Below, piece after piece: positions 1-6,615 of a DNA stretch of 12,011 nucleotides. Position numbers and translations under genes: made by a program. Under the pieces are notes generated by a model. That model had not been told where the DNA came from. It made no database searches and worked only from the letters and a program-made list of their open reading frames with translations. Position 1 is the first letter of the stretch; each line of letters opens with the position of its first letter. This stretch comes from Armatimonadota bacterium (GTDB taxonomy: Bacteria; Vulcanimicrobiota; JACPDS01; JBDRKI01). The DNA lies in contig JBDRKI010000079.1 of assembly GCA_043814095.1 (NCBI GenBank), forward strand, positions 1-12,011. The letters are read 5' to 3'.

Positions 1-52
1 TAAGCCGCTTTAATTCAAAAGCTTTACACATGATAATGTCCTCTCTGGTCAT
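1..52 (-). CDS. Probable IS1202/ISNCY-family transposase, N-terminal 17 codons only (partial)
   Basis: ATG at 52-50 with an RBS upstream. It translates as MTREDIIMCKAFELKRL..., which resembles the 'M...DII.M...ELKRL' N-termini of ISNCY transposases. It sits directly inside the IS-like end. Confidence 0.6.
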   Translation of the reverse strand, partial: MTREDIIMCKAFELKRL

Positions 53-140
53 AATTCCCTCCCTTTACAGGATATTATGACCTATAATTTTGTGACATTT
101 CTACTTTGGTTAATTAGGACATTATCATTTTTGTATTACA
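1..140 (-). mobile_element. Left end of a probable IS1202-family (ISNCY-type) insertion sequence; the element continues off the left edge
   Basis: The minus strand from 140 reads TGTAATACAAAAATGATAATGTCCTAATTAACCAAAGTAGAAATGTCACAAAA. This has a terminal TGT and two related sub-terminal repeats (ATGATAATGTCCT 128-116; GTAGAAATGTCAC 104-92), followed by RBS GGGAGGGA and an ATG at 52. The layout matches IS1202-type ends as I recall them. The other end is not visible. Confidence 0.7.
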
Positions 141-161
141 ATAGTACGTAGTAAGATGCAG

Positions 162-191
162 TAAGGATGGATTAATATGAATCCATCCTTA
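162..191. terminator. 12-bp perfect stem-loop downstream of the 811-aa gene (possible terminator or 3' stabiliser)
   Basis: TAAGGATGGATT-aatatg-AATCCATCCTTA, 22 nt past the stop at 214. There is no clear U-tract after the stem on the minus strand, so terminator function is uncertain. Confidence 0.5.
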
Positions 192-213
192 AAAATAATT
201 ATAGTAAATTACA

Positions 214-2649
214 TTACTGCGTGCTGTAATAAGTGCCTGACGGACGTTCCAACACAAAATTAGAATATGTGGAATACGCGGCATTACTCTGATACAGTAT
301 CGATAAAAGCCCCGAATAACCGGTCTGGGGCGTAAATTTTATATACTTACAGGCATACTGCCCCAGTGAAGGAGTATCCGAAGACGTGTAAGTTGATACA
401 GTACTTGAGAACGCCACACCTGTCATTGTATAAGTTGTAGTCGCGCTGTTGTCGCCCCATGTAGTATAAACCGTATATGTTGCCTTGGGATTAAGACTGT
501 CATACTTGGCGCTGGAATTTCCCGAAGGAAGCCTGGGGCTGCCGTTTAAGCCGCTGTAATAATTTACAAGCACCCAGTCGCGGTAAATAATTGAAAAATC
601 CGTGCCCGTAAACTGGGTAATATTTGCCCTGCCTGTCTGGAAGCTTTTTGCAACGGCCTTTAATCCGTCCGCTCCGAATCTTTCATAGATATAAAGCATA
701 AAACCGAATGCCGCGCCGTAATAAAGGCCTCCACCCCATTCTTCAAACTGGAAGGAAGACGGTAAGTTAAAGAAATCCCTTACTTTCCTTACCATAAAGT
801 TATTGCCTACAAAACTATCCCCCTGATCATAACCGAAGCCGTTAAGGTATTCGCTTAACATTGATTTACCTTCGTTTATGGTGGTAAGTTCGTACTCTCC
901 GCCAACCTTGTACTTCATATAATAATCTATCATATGCTGGAACTCATGTGATACGGTGCTAAGACCTGTATACATATTATTGGCAAAAAGGTGATCGTGT
1001 ATATAAACGATTTCTTTCTGGTTGGAATACTGGCCTGTGGTTTCATCCAGTGTATAGAAATAGCCATATAATCCGATTCCCAACTTAGGAGACAGTAAAA
1101 GAAATACTCTGTTATCCCCGTCTATGCCAGGTTTCCATTCTGTGCCGAAATATTCCCGTGTATTACCATAGATACCAACACCGGTATTAAAAGGATCGTT
1201 GTTGGAATCAAATGCTGTTGCTATATTGGTGGCAACAGTTGATCTATTCCCTGCTGTAATATCCGTAGAATCAACATCTATAAATACATAGCAGTTCTCA
1301 CCGACCTTGTAGCACTGTGCCGTACAGCTTACAGGTGTAACGCCCCACTGGAATACAGTGAATGTTTCCTGATCGCCTTCCGAATAAGCTTTTGGTATAA
1401 GTTTTTTGCTTTTATCAACTCCCTCGGTCTTATGAATATATTCTGCATATTTTTTCCAGTAAGGATGAATATCTTTGCTTTCTTCTATGTTTCTCGGGAT
1501 AGGAGATTTAGGAAGAAGTTTAAATTCATCTAAGTTCCTGGTAATCGAAATTTCCCTGCTTGTAGGAACCGCATTCCCCAAAGAAGCGGAATAATAAAAT
1601 ACGGCGTCATAACTTGTCTGCTGGCTGCATACAGCCAGAACACCAGCATCCGTTCCAGAAAAGCCGTTTAAGTAATATATCCTTGATAAGTCATAATCAC
1701 CGCTTCCTCCGGAACCCACTATAAAATTATATCCGTTAGATGCTTTGCCGTTTGTCATAATAACAATATTGCCTGTCGTTGCACCTGACGGGACATTACA
1801 TATAATCTGATTATTTGTCCAGCCGGATACGGTTTCTGCTTCAGTACCGTTAAAATTAATAGTATTAGAGGGATTATAATTGCCGAAATTTGTTCCTGTA
1901 ATTGTAACAGAAGTCCCTATAGCGCCGCTTACAGGATTAATGCCTGTAATTGCGGGATATCCCGAAGCACCATCAGCTATAACGGTAAACTCCACCCCGT
2001 TACTCTGCTGTGAGCCTACATAAACATAAATATTCCCGCTTGGCGCGCCCTGCGGGACCATACATTTAATCCGGGTATCTGACCAGCTGATTACAGTGGA
2101 TTGAACACCGCCAAAAGTCACAAAAGAAGTACTCCCCTGTGAAGCGCCGAAATTAATACCTGTAATAATAACAGTTGCCCCGCCCGGACCCTGAGCACAG
2201 CTTAAATCCATAATTCCCGGGGATGTTGAAGTCTGTACGCTTATCCCCGAAGAAGAGCCTACTGTCTGGGTGCTTGCGCTGTCTACATCAATACTGTAGG
2301 TCAGTACCTGATATCCGTCTTTGCCTATAATAATATTATAATTACCGTCAACCAGCCCTTCCAGTTTTGCATACCCGGTACTGTCTGTAGTGGTATATTT
2401 ATTATATCCTGCGGCAGATACTCTGGCTCCTATTAACGGACTGAAACCGGACGGTACAGGAGCAAGCCCTTTAGCGCCAGCATCTGGAACAACAACCCTG
2501 CATTCAAGAACAGCTCCGCTGTCAACCGGGGCATACGCGGGTTTAGGCGCCGACAAGCTTTCAGCTCCTATACCGCATCCTCCGATAGAAAATAGCAGAC
2601 TGCTTAAAATCAATAAAGCCGTAAATTGAAGAAAAACTCTGTTTTTCAT
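214..2649 (-). CDS. Predicted lipoprotein: carboxypeptidase-regulatory-like beta domain, 2 IPT/TIG domains and a C-terminal zinc metallopeptidase (M30/hyicolysin-like gluzincin)
   Basis: The N-terminus is MKNR, a hydrophobic stretch, then IGGC (Cys25, lipobox-like). 'GARVSA..TTTDSTGYAKLEGLVDGNYNIIIGKDGY' is a prealbumin-like fold pattern. Two 'P.I..(L/I)...G..G..V.ITG.NFG...W(S/T)(D/N)..I.C.VP.GA..GNI' IPT repeats follow. HEFQH lies at nt 948-934, followed by 'INEGKS' (putative third Zn ligand). Confidence 0.8.
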   Translation of the reverse strand: MKNRVFLQFTALLILSSLLFSIGGCGIGAESLSAPKPAYAPVDSGAVLECRVVVPDAGAKGLAPVPSGFSPLIGARVSAAGYNKYTTTDSTGYAKLEGLVDGNYNIIIGKDGYQVLTYSIDVDSASTQTVGSSSGISVQTSTSPGIMDLSCAQGPGGATVIITGINFGASQGSTSFVTFGGVQSTVISWSDTRIKCMVPQGAPSGNIYVYVGSQQSNGVEFTVIADGASGYPAITGINPVSGAIGTSVTITGTNFGNYNPSNTINFNGTEAETVSGWTNNQIICNVPSGATTGNIVIMTNGKASNGYNFIVGSGGSGDYDLSRIYYLNGFSGTDAGVLAVCSQQTSYDAVFYYSASLGNAVPTSREISITRNLDEFKLLPKSPIPRNIEESKDIHPYWKKYAEYIHKTEGVDKSKKLIPKAYSEGDQETFTVFQWGVTPVSCTAQCYKVGENCYVFIDVDSTDITAGNRSTVATNIATAFDSNNDPFNTGVGIYGNTREYFGTEWKPGIDGDNRVFLLLSPKLGIGLYGYFYTLDETTGQYSNQKEIVYIHDHLFANNMYTGLSTVSHEFQHMIDYYMKYKVGGEYELTTINEGKSMLSEYLNGFGYDQGDSFVGNNFMVRKVRDFFNLPSSFQFEEWGGGLYYGAAFGFMLYIYERFGADGLKAVAKSFQTGRANITQFTGTDFSIIYRDWVLVNYYSGLNGSPRLPSGNSSAKYDSLNPKATYTVYTTWGDNSATTTYTMTGVAFSSTVSTYTSSDTPSLGQYACKYIKFTPQTGYSGLLSILYQSNAAYSTYSNFVLERPSGTYYSTQ

Positions 2650-2718
2650 AATATGCTACCTTTTAATTAACAGATATTAATACTTTTATTATAATTCTTA
2701 ATTAAACTATATTCTCCT

Positions 2719-2735
2719 TTGTAATTGCATTACAA
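2719..2735. promoter_or_regulatory. Inverted repeat TTGTAAT-tgc-ATTACAA in the divergent intergenic region (candidate operator)
   Basis: 7-bp perfect arms with a 3-nt spacer, between the divergent starts at 2649 and 2847. The region is AT-rich, so chance occurrence is possible. Confidence 0.3.
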
Positions 2736-2746
2736 TCATATTGATA

Positions 2747-2775
2747 CCTTCTTAAAATTCTATATTTTAAGAAGG
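2747..2775. repeat. 12-bp perfect inverted repeat in the intergenic region
   Basis: CCTTCTTAAAAT-tctat-ATTTTAAGAAGG. Confidence 0.7.
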
Positions 2776-2846
2776 GAGAATAAAAATATGGTAGAATTTA
2801 TGATTACAATTACTGAAAACCATTGAACAGAAAGGATGATTAACAT

Positions 2847-3599
2847 ATGATGAGAACAGCCAATCCCGCACTGGGATCAAAAACCTTTACAAGCCTGCCC
2901 GCTGCTTATGACGACAAATCCACTATGACAATTGAAGGAACCGTAAATAAAACGGGGGTTCTTCTTCTTCTTGTTATACTTGGCGCCGTATGGACCTGGA
3001 GATTATTCTATAACAGTAACGGGGATCCGGCATCTGTCATGGGGTGGATGATGCTCGGGGTCATAGGCGGCCTTATAGTCGCTCTTATTACAATATTTAA
3101 AAAAGAATACTCCCCTGTAACAGCACCCATATACGCTTTACTTGAAGGATTATTTTTAGGAGGAATATCCGCCCTATTTGAAGCCCAGTATCACGGCATT
3201 GTAATACAGGCGGTAGGATTAACTTTCGGCACGCTTTTCGCGCTCCTGTTCGCTTATAAATCGGGGATTATAAAAGCGACGGAGAATTTCAAACTGGGTG
3301 TTGTTGCCGCGACAGGCGGAATATTTCTGGTATATTTTGCGACATTTATATTAAGCCTTTTCAAAATACAGGTCCCGTTTATATATCAGAGCGGAATAAT
3401 AGGAATAGGGTTCAGCCTGTTTGTGGTTGTAATTGCATCGCTAAACTTAGTGCTTGATTTTGATTTCATTGAAACAGGCGCAGAGCGCGGCGCGCCAAAA
3501 TACATGGAATGGTACGGCGCGTTCGGGCTTATGGTAACCCTTATATGGCTTTACATTGAAATCTTGAGACTTCTTGCCCTTTTAAGGGGAAGAGATTAG
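2847..3599 (+). CDS. Bax inhibitor-1/YccA family integral membrane protein
   Basis: About 7 hydrophobic segments. N-terminal 'MRTANPAL..MTIEGTVNKT' and C-terminal 'LVLDFDFIE..GAPKYMEWYGAFGLMVTLIWLYIEILRLL' are typical of this family. RBS AAAGGA lies upstream. Confidence 0.9.
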   Translation: MMRTANPALGSKTFTSLPAAYDDKSTMTIEGTVNKTGVLLLLVILGAVWTWRLFYNSNGDPASVMGWMMLGVIGGLIVALITIFKKEYSPVTAPIYALLEGLFLGGISALFEAQYHGIVIQAVGLTFGTLFALLFAYKSGIIKATENFKLGVVAATGGIFLVYFATFILSLFKIQVPFIYQSGIIGIGFSLFVVVIASLNLVLDFDFIETGAERGAPKYMEWYGAFGLMVTLIWLYIEILRLLALLRGRD

Positions 3600-4411
3600 T
3601 TTTTAATCAAACTCCTCAGGACTTTTAAATTCTTTTTATCGTCCTGGGGAGTTTTCTTTGGTGTTTCTATTATCATAGGAACTTTAGAAAAATAACTATC
3701 ATTAAGAAGATAAGAAAAACCTTTTAACCCTATATGGCCTTTACCTATATGCTCATGCCTGTCAATCTTAGAACCCAGCGGCGATTTAGAATCATTCAGA
3801 TGCATAACATAAAGCCTATTAAGACCTACATGTTTCTTAATCTGTTTCTTCACTTCATCTATACCGCTTTTTTTAGATAAATCAAACCCTGCCGTATAAA
3901 TATGGCATGTATCAAAACATATCCCCAGATGCCTTTTATACTTAGAACCTTTTATTATCTCACCAAGAAGCTTAAATATATCCCTGCCCAGCGAAGGAAC
4001 GCCTTCAAGAAGAAGTATAGGAGGATCCGCAACCTTGCCTAAAGCCCAATCAATACCCTCTATTATCTGGACTTTTCCATCCCCCCTTATATGTGTAACA
4101 AGGAACTCTGCTCCTAATATCTTTGCTCTTTCCATCTCATCTATAAGGCTGTAACTTGATTTTACAAAAACATCTTTATTGGAAGAAGATAAGCTTAAAA
4201 GATAACTGGTATGTATAATAAGAGGGGCTATATTAAATTTTTCCATCTTGCTTTTAAATAAATCAACATCATCTTTTTTCAGTTCTTTCGAATCCCATCC
4301 GCGCGGGTTCTTGCTGAAAATCTGTATAGTATTACAGCCCAGCTTCTGTGCAGCATCAGGAACAGAAGAAAAACCCTTGTTTATTAACATATGTGCGCCA
4401 AGCCGCATCAT
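3596..4411 (-). CDS. nfo: Deoxyribonuclease IV (endonuclease IV, AP endonuclease family 2)
   Basis: Motifs GAH, QIFSKNPRGW, HTSYL, VTH, LLE, CFDTCH, HLNDSK, DRHEHIGKG and IIETP are present, so the expected trinuclear-metal ligands all appear to be retained. Confidence 0.92.
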   Translation of the reverse strand: MMRLGAHMLINKGFSSVPDAAQKLGCNTIQIFSKNPRGWDSKELKKDDVDLFKSKMEKFNIAPLIIHTSYLLSLSSSNKDVFVKSSYSLIDEMERAKILGAEFLVTHIRGDGKVQIIEGIDWALGKVADPPILLLEGVPSLGRDIFKLLGEIIKGSKYKRHLGICFDTCHIYTAGFDLSKKSGIDEVKKQIKKHVGLNRLYVMHLNDSKSPLGSKIDRHEHIGKGHIGLKGFSYLLNDSYFSKVPMIIETPKKTPQDDKKNLKVLRSLIKN

Positions 4412-4878
4412 AAATTAACTTTATCCTTTATTATTTCTCTAACCTTTTTTAAAATTTGAGGATATTGTGATTGTATCTCAGAAGAAAGTTCCTCTGCAAA
4501 GGTCTGCACATCAAAAACATTGATTGCAATAATCACTATATCTTCGGGTATATTATAATTTAATTTTTCACTCATCTTTAAGGCTGTTGCCAGATTTATA
4601 CTATGTGGAGAACCTATAAATACGGTATGTTTAAGATCTTCAATCCCTAAAACCGCAACTTCCCCTATATCAATATCCTTGGTCTGGAACGCATCCAAAA
4701 TAATGACTTTATCATAACCGTCCATTACATCAAGAAGGGCAATCCCGTCAATCGAAGCTGGTAGAAATTCATAATTATATGATGAAAATTCTCTTTGGAG
4801 ATCTTTTGCAAGTTTTATTCCTATACCGTCATCACATAAAATATCATTGCCGAGGCCGAGGATTAATATTTTTAACAT
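4408..4878 (-). CDS. Hydrogenase maturation protease (HyaD/HybD/HycI family, peptidase A31)
   Basis: Motifs ILGLGNDILCDDGIG, VIILDA and SPH; 156 aa. MvhA in this window has a cleavable C-terminal extension. Confidence 0.92.
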   Translation of the reverse strand: MLKILILGLGNDILCDDGIGIKLAKDLQREFSSYNYEFLPASIDGIALLDVMDGYDKVIILDAFQTKDIDIGEVAVLGIEDLKHTVFIGSPHSINLATALKMSEKLNYNIPEDIVIIAINVFDVQTFAEELSSEIQSQYPQILKKVREIIKDKVNL

Positions 4879-5258
4879 GGTTTTTTCGCTGCTACTTTTT
4901 TTATTTTGTTATGTCTAATATCTTTTTTAAATTTTTTATCCAGGTATTCTATCCTATTTAACATCATATTTTTAAGAAGAGTCCATTCGTATTCTTTCAT
5001 GGTTTTGCCCTTATATGTATCATAATACTTCCTGTTAAGCTGATCAGGAGCATCTTCCAATTTCATTAATTTTCCCTTCCAAAACACCAACACATAAACA
5101 TTGCGATTATGAAGCTCAAACGGAACGGTCCAGCCCATATAATGCGGATCTTTATTATAAGGGGATAAATTATTAAGTTCTTCCAGATCTTTTTTTGTCA
5201 TTTTATTTAATGATCCGGCGAAATCATTCTTCCTCAGATAAAATGTCGTCGTTCCCAT
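4872..5258 (-). CDS. Hypothetical protein (128 aa, basic, Lys-rich C-terminus)
   Basis: RBS GAGGT precedes the ATG at 5258. The stop overlaps the protease start by 7 nt (ATGTTAA). No family recognised. Confidence 0.7.
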   Translation of the reverse strand: MGTTTFYLRKNDFAGSLNKMTKKDLEELNNLSPYNKDPHYMGWTVPFELHNRNVYVLVFWKGKLMKLEDAPDQLNRKYYDTYKGKTMKEYEWTLLKNMMLNRIEYLDKKFKKDIRHNKIKKVAAKKPC

Positions 5259-5273
5259 CTTTTGCTACCTCAT

Positions 5274-5647
5274 CTATTTAAGAATCTCAGGGAGCTCTTT
5301 CAATACGGTTTTCATCGGTATGATTTCTATATCCCCGTCGCGCATGCGGCGTTCCCCGCCATAGATAAAATAAGTTTTAGCCATAAGATAATCTTTTAGA
5401 AAAATTTTCAAACCCCTTAACATAGAAGCGGAAACCTTGCCTGTTCGTTTGATCTCAAAAGCTTTAATTCCTTTGTCACCGTATAATACAAAGTCAACTT
5501 CGATATTATTAGAAGTCCTCCCGCCGACCTTCCTAAATAAACGGCTTCTGGAAAAGCCGATTTAACCCAGGTAGTCTTTCCCGTACCTCGAGGCCCAAAC
5601 AGAAAAAAACTTTTATTATCCGGCGGTTGTATCAATCTGGAATACAT
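5274..5647 (-). pseudogene. Internally deleted AAA_14/DUF4143-type ATP-binding protein (N-terminal and C-terminal remnants joined out of frame)
   Basis: 5647-5534 encodes MYSRLIQPPDNKSFFLFGPRGTGKTTWVKSAFPEAVYL (Walker A). After a 14-nt junction, 5519-5274 in another frame encodes RTSNNIEVDFVLYGDKGIKAFEIKRTGKVSASMLRGLKIFLKDY...IEIIPMKTVLKELPEILK*, the characteristic EVD...EIK C-terminus of this family. Confidence 0.85.
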
Positions 5648-5653
5648 AATTCC

Positions 5654-5689
5654 ATTTTACATATATTTTTGGACTTGACAAGTCCAAAA
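5654..5689 (-). promoter_or_regulatory. Putative leaderless sigma70 promoter of the ATPase remnant, with an 11-bp-arm palindrome centred on the -35 box
   Basis: The minus strand reads TTGTCA (5681-5676), 16 nt, TAAAAT (5659-5654), 6 nt, ATG (5647), with no Shine-Dalgarno. The palindrome TTTTGGACTTG-a-CAAGTCCAAAA spans 5667-5689. Confidence 0.55.
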
Positions 5690-5772
5690 TCTCTATCAAT
5701 AAGCCCATTAAATAAGAAAAGCTTTATAAATCAATATTATATATATAATATTAAAATGCTCCGAAAGAATGA

Positions 5773-5800
5773 TTGTAATTTTTTAGGGGGGGGGTATAAT
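5773..5800 (+). promoter_or_regulatory. Putative sigma70 promoter with a G9 homopolymer in the spacer
   Basis: TTGTAA (5773-5778), TTTTTTAGGGGGGGGG (16 nt), TATAAT (5795-5800). It lies about 80 nt upstream of the ATG at 5880. Confidence 0.6.
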
Positions 5801-5879
5801 TAAGATAGAAGAAAGCAATGAGTCAGATAGAGTGCTGGAAAGCACAATTGATAAAATTAAGAGGAAAGGTGAGGATATT

Positions 5880-6593
5880 ATGGGAGATTTTGAATCAAAT
5901 AGAATATCAAATAAAGACTATATTCCTTTAAAGAATAATAAAGGAGAGACGAAAAATATAAATATATCCAGATTACCCAGGGAGTTAAAAGAATTTTTAC
6001 AATCTACGCTTTTGCAGTTGTATGATAGGGACGGTAGAGAAGGTCTGTCAGATACTGAGAAACAAGAATTCTATAATAATTTTGAGTCATATTTAAAAGA
6101 TGGTGAAATAACAAAGGAAGAAATTCCTAAGATGAAGATAGAAGAAGGCTTAAGGCTTTTTTTAAATGAATATCGTGAGATTGAAGGGAAAGAGGACATA
6201 GCAATACTTAAAAAAGTGAGGCCATTTATTGAAAATAATGCTCTCAAAAAAATGTTAATCGGCAAAATGGTTAATGCGGCCATTAAAAGGGGGGATCTCT
6301 TTAACGAGATTGCTCCTTTTCTGGTGGAAATAGTTATTAATCCAAGAGGAGAGCTTGATGATTCTTTTGAAGCGCTAATTAAATTAGGTCCTGATACAAT
6401 TCCCTTTATTGAAGAAGAAATTAAAAGCGGTAGTTCTCGAAGAGTTCAAAAATTAATATTAATAAAAGTGCTGGAAGAAATGGCTTCCAGAAATAAAGAG
6501 ATTGTCCCGAGAGTTAAATCTGTTCTTGAAAACTTACAAAATGATCTTGAAATAAGAGAAGAAGCGGGGAAACTCTTGAAAAATATGCAATAA
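5880..6593 (+). CDS. Hypothetical protein (237 aa) with degenerate EF-hand-like loops and a HEAT-repeat-like helical C-terminus
   Basis: The ATG at 5880, with RBS AGGTGAGG, is preferred over the track's GTG at 5832 (same frame). Loops DRDGREGLSDTE and SYLKDGEITKEE. C-terminal 'ALIKLGPDTIPFI...LEIREEAGKLLKNM' pattern. Confidence 0.75.
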   Translation: MGDFESNRISNKDYIPLKNNKGETKNINISRLPRELKEFLQSTLLQLYDRDGREGLSDTEKQEFYNNFESYLKDGEITKEEIPKMKIEEGLRLFLNEYREIEGKEDIAILKKVRPFIENNALKKMLIGKMVNAAIKRGDLFNEIAPFLVEIVINPRGELDDSFEALIKLGPDTIPFIEEEIKSGSSRRVQKLILIKVLEEMASRNKEIVPRVKSVLENLQNDLEIREEAGKLLKNMQ

Positions 6594-6615
6594 GGCAGAA
6601 GAAGGAGGCGATAAC

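Noticed and set aside
141..180. Possible dif/Xer site next to the IS end, as some IS1202-family members target xrs sites
   Set aside because: AGTACGTAGTAA only loosely resembles a XerC arm, and no TTATGTTAAAT-like XerD arm follows.
2390..2629. 79-aa plus-strand ORF
   Set aside because: Antisense shadow inside the 811-aa gene, with no RBS or motif.
4779..4961. 60-aa plus-strand ORF
   Set aside because: Antisense to the protease and orf128; its Phe-rich composition reflects the complementary Lys codons.
5417..5647. 76-aa ORF as an intact small ATPase, or a programmed frameshift joining the two ATPase fragments
   Set aside because: Residues after position 38 are out-of-frame read-through. Even if frameshifted, the product would lack Walker B and most of the protein.
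5675..5705. Plus-strand promoter from the perfect TTGACA at 5675-5680
   Set aside because: No acceptable -10 hexamer at 16-18 nt spacing.
5733..5752. 20-bp perfect palindrome AATATTATATATATAATATT
   Set aside because: AT-only and built on a (TA)n core, which is self-complementary by default. It may act as an UP-like element, but this cannot be supported.
6591..6614. Sigma28-like promoter (TAAG...GGCGATAA)
   Set aside because: The spacing is too short, and the sequence is better explained as a stop codon plus Shine-Dalgarno.
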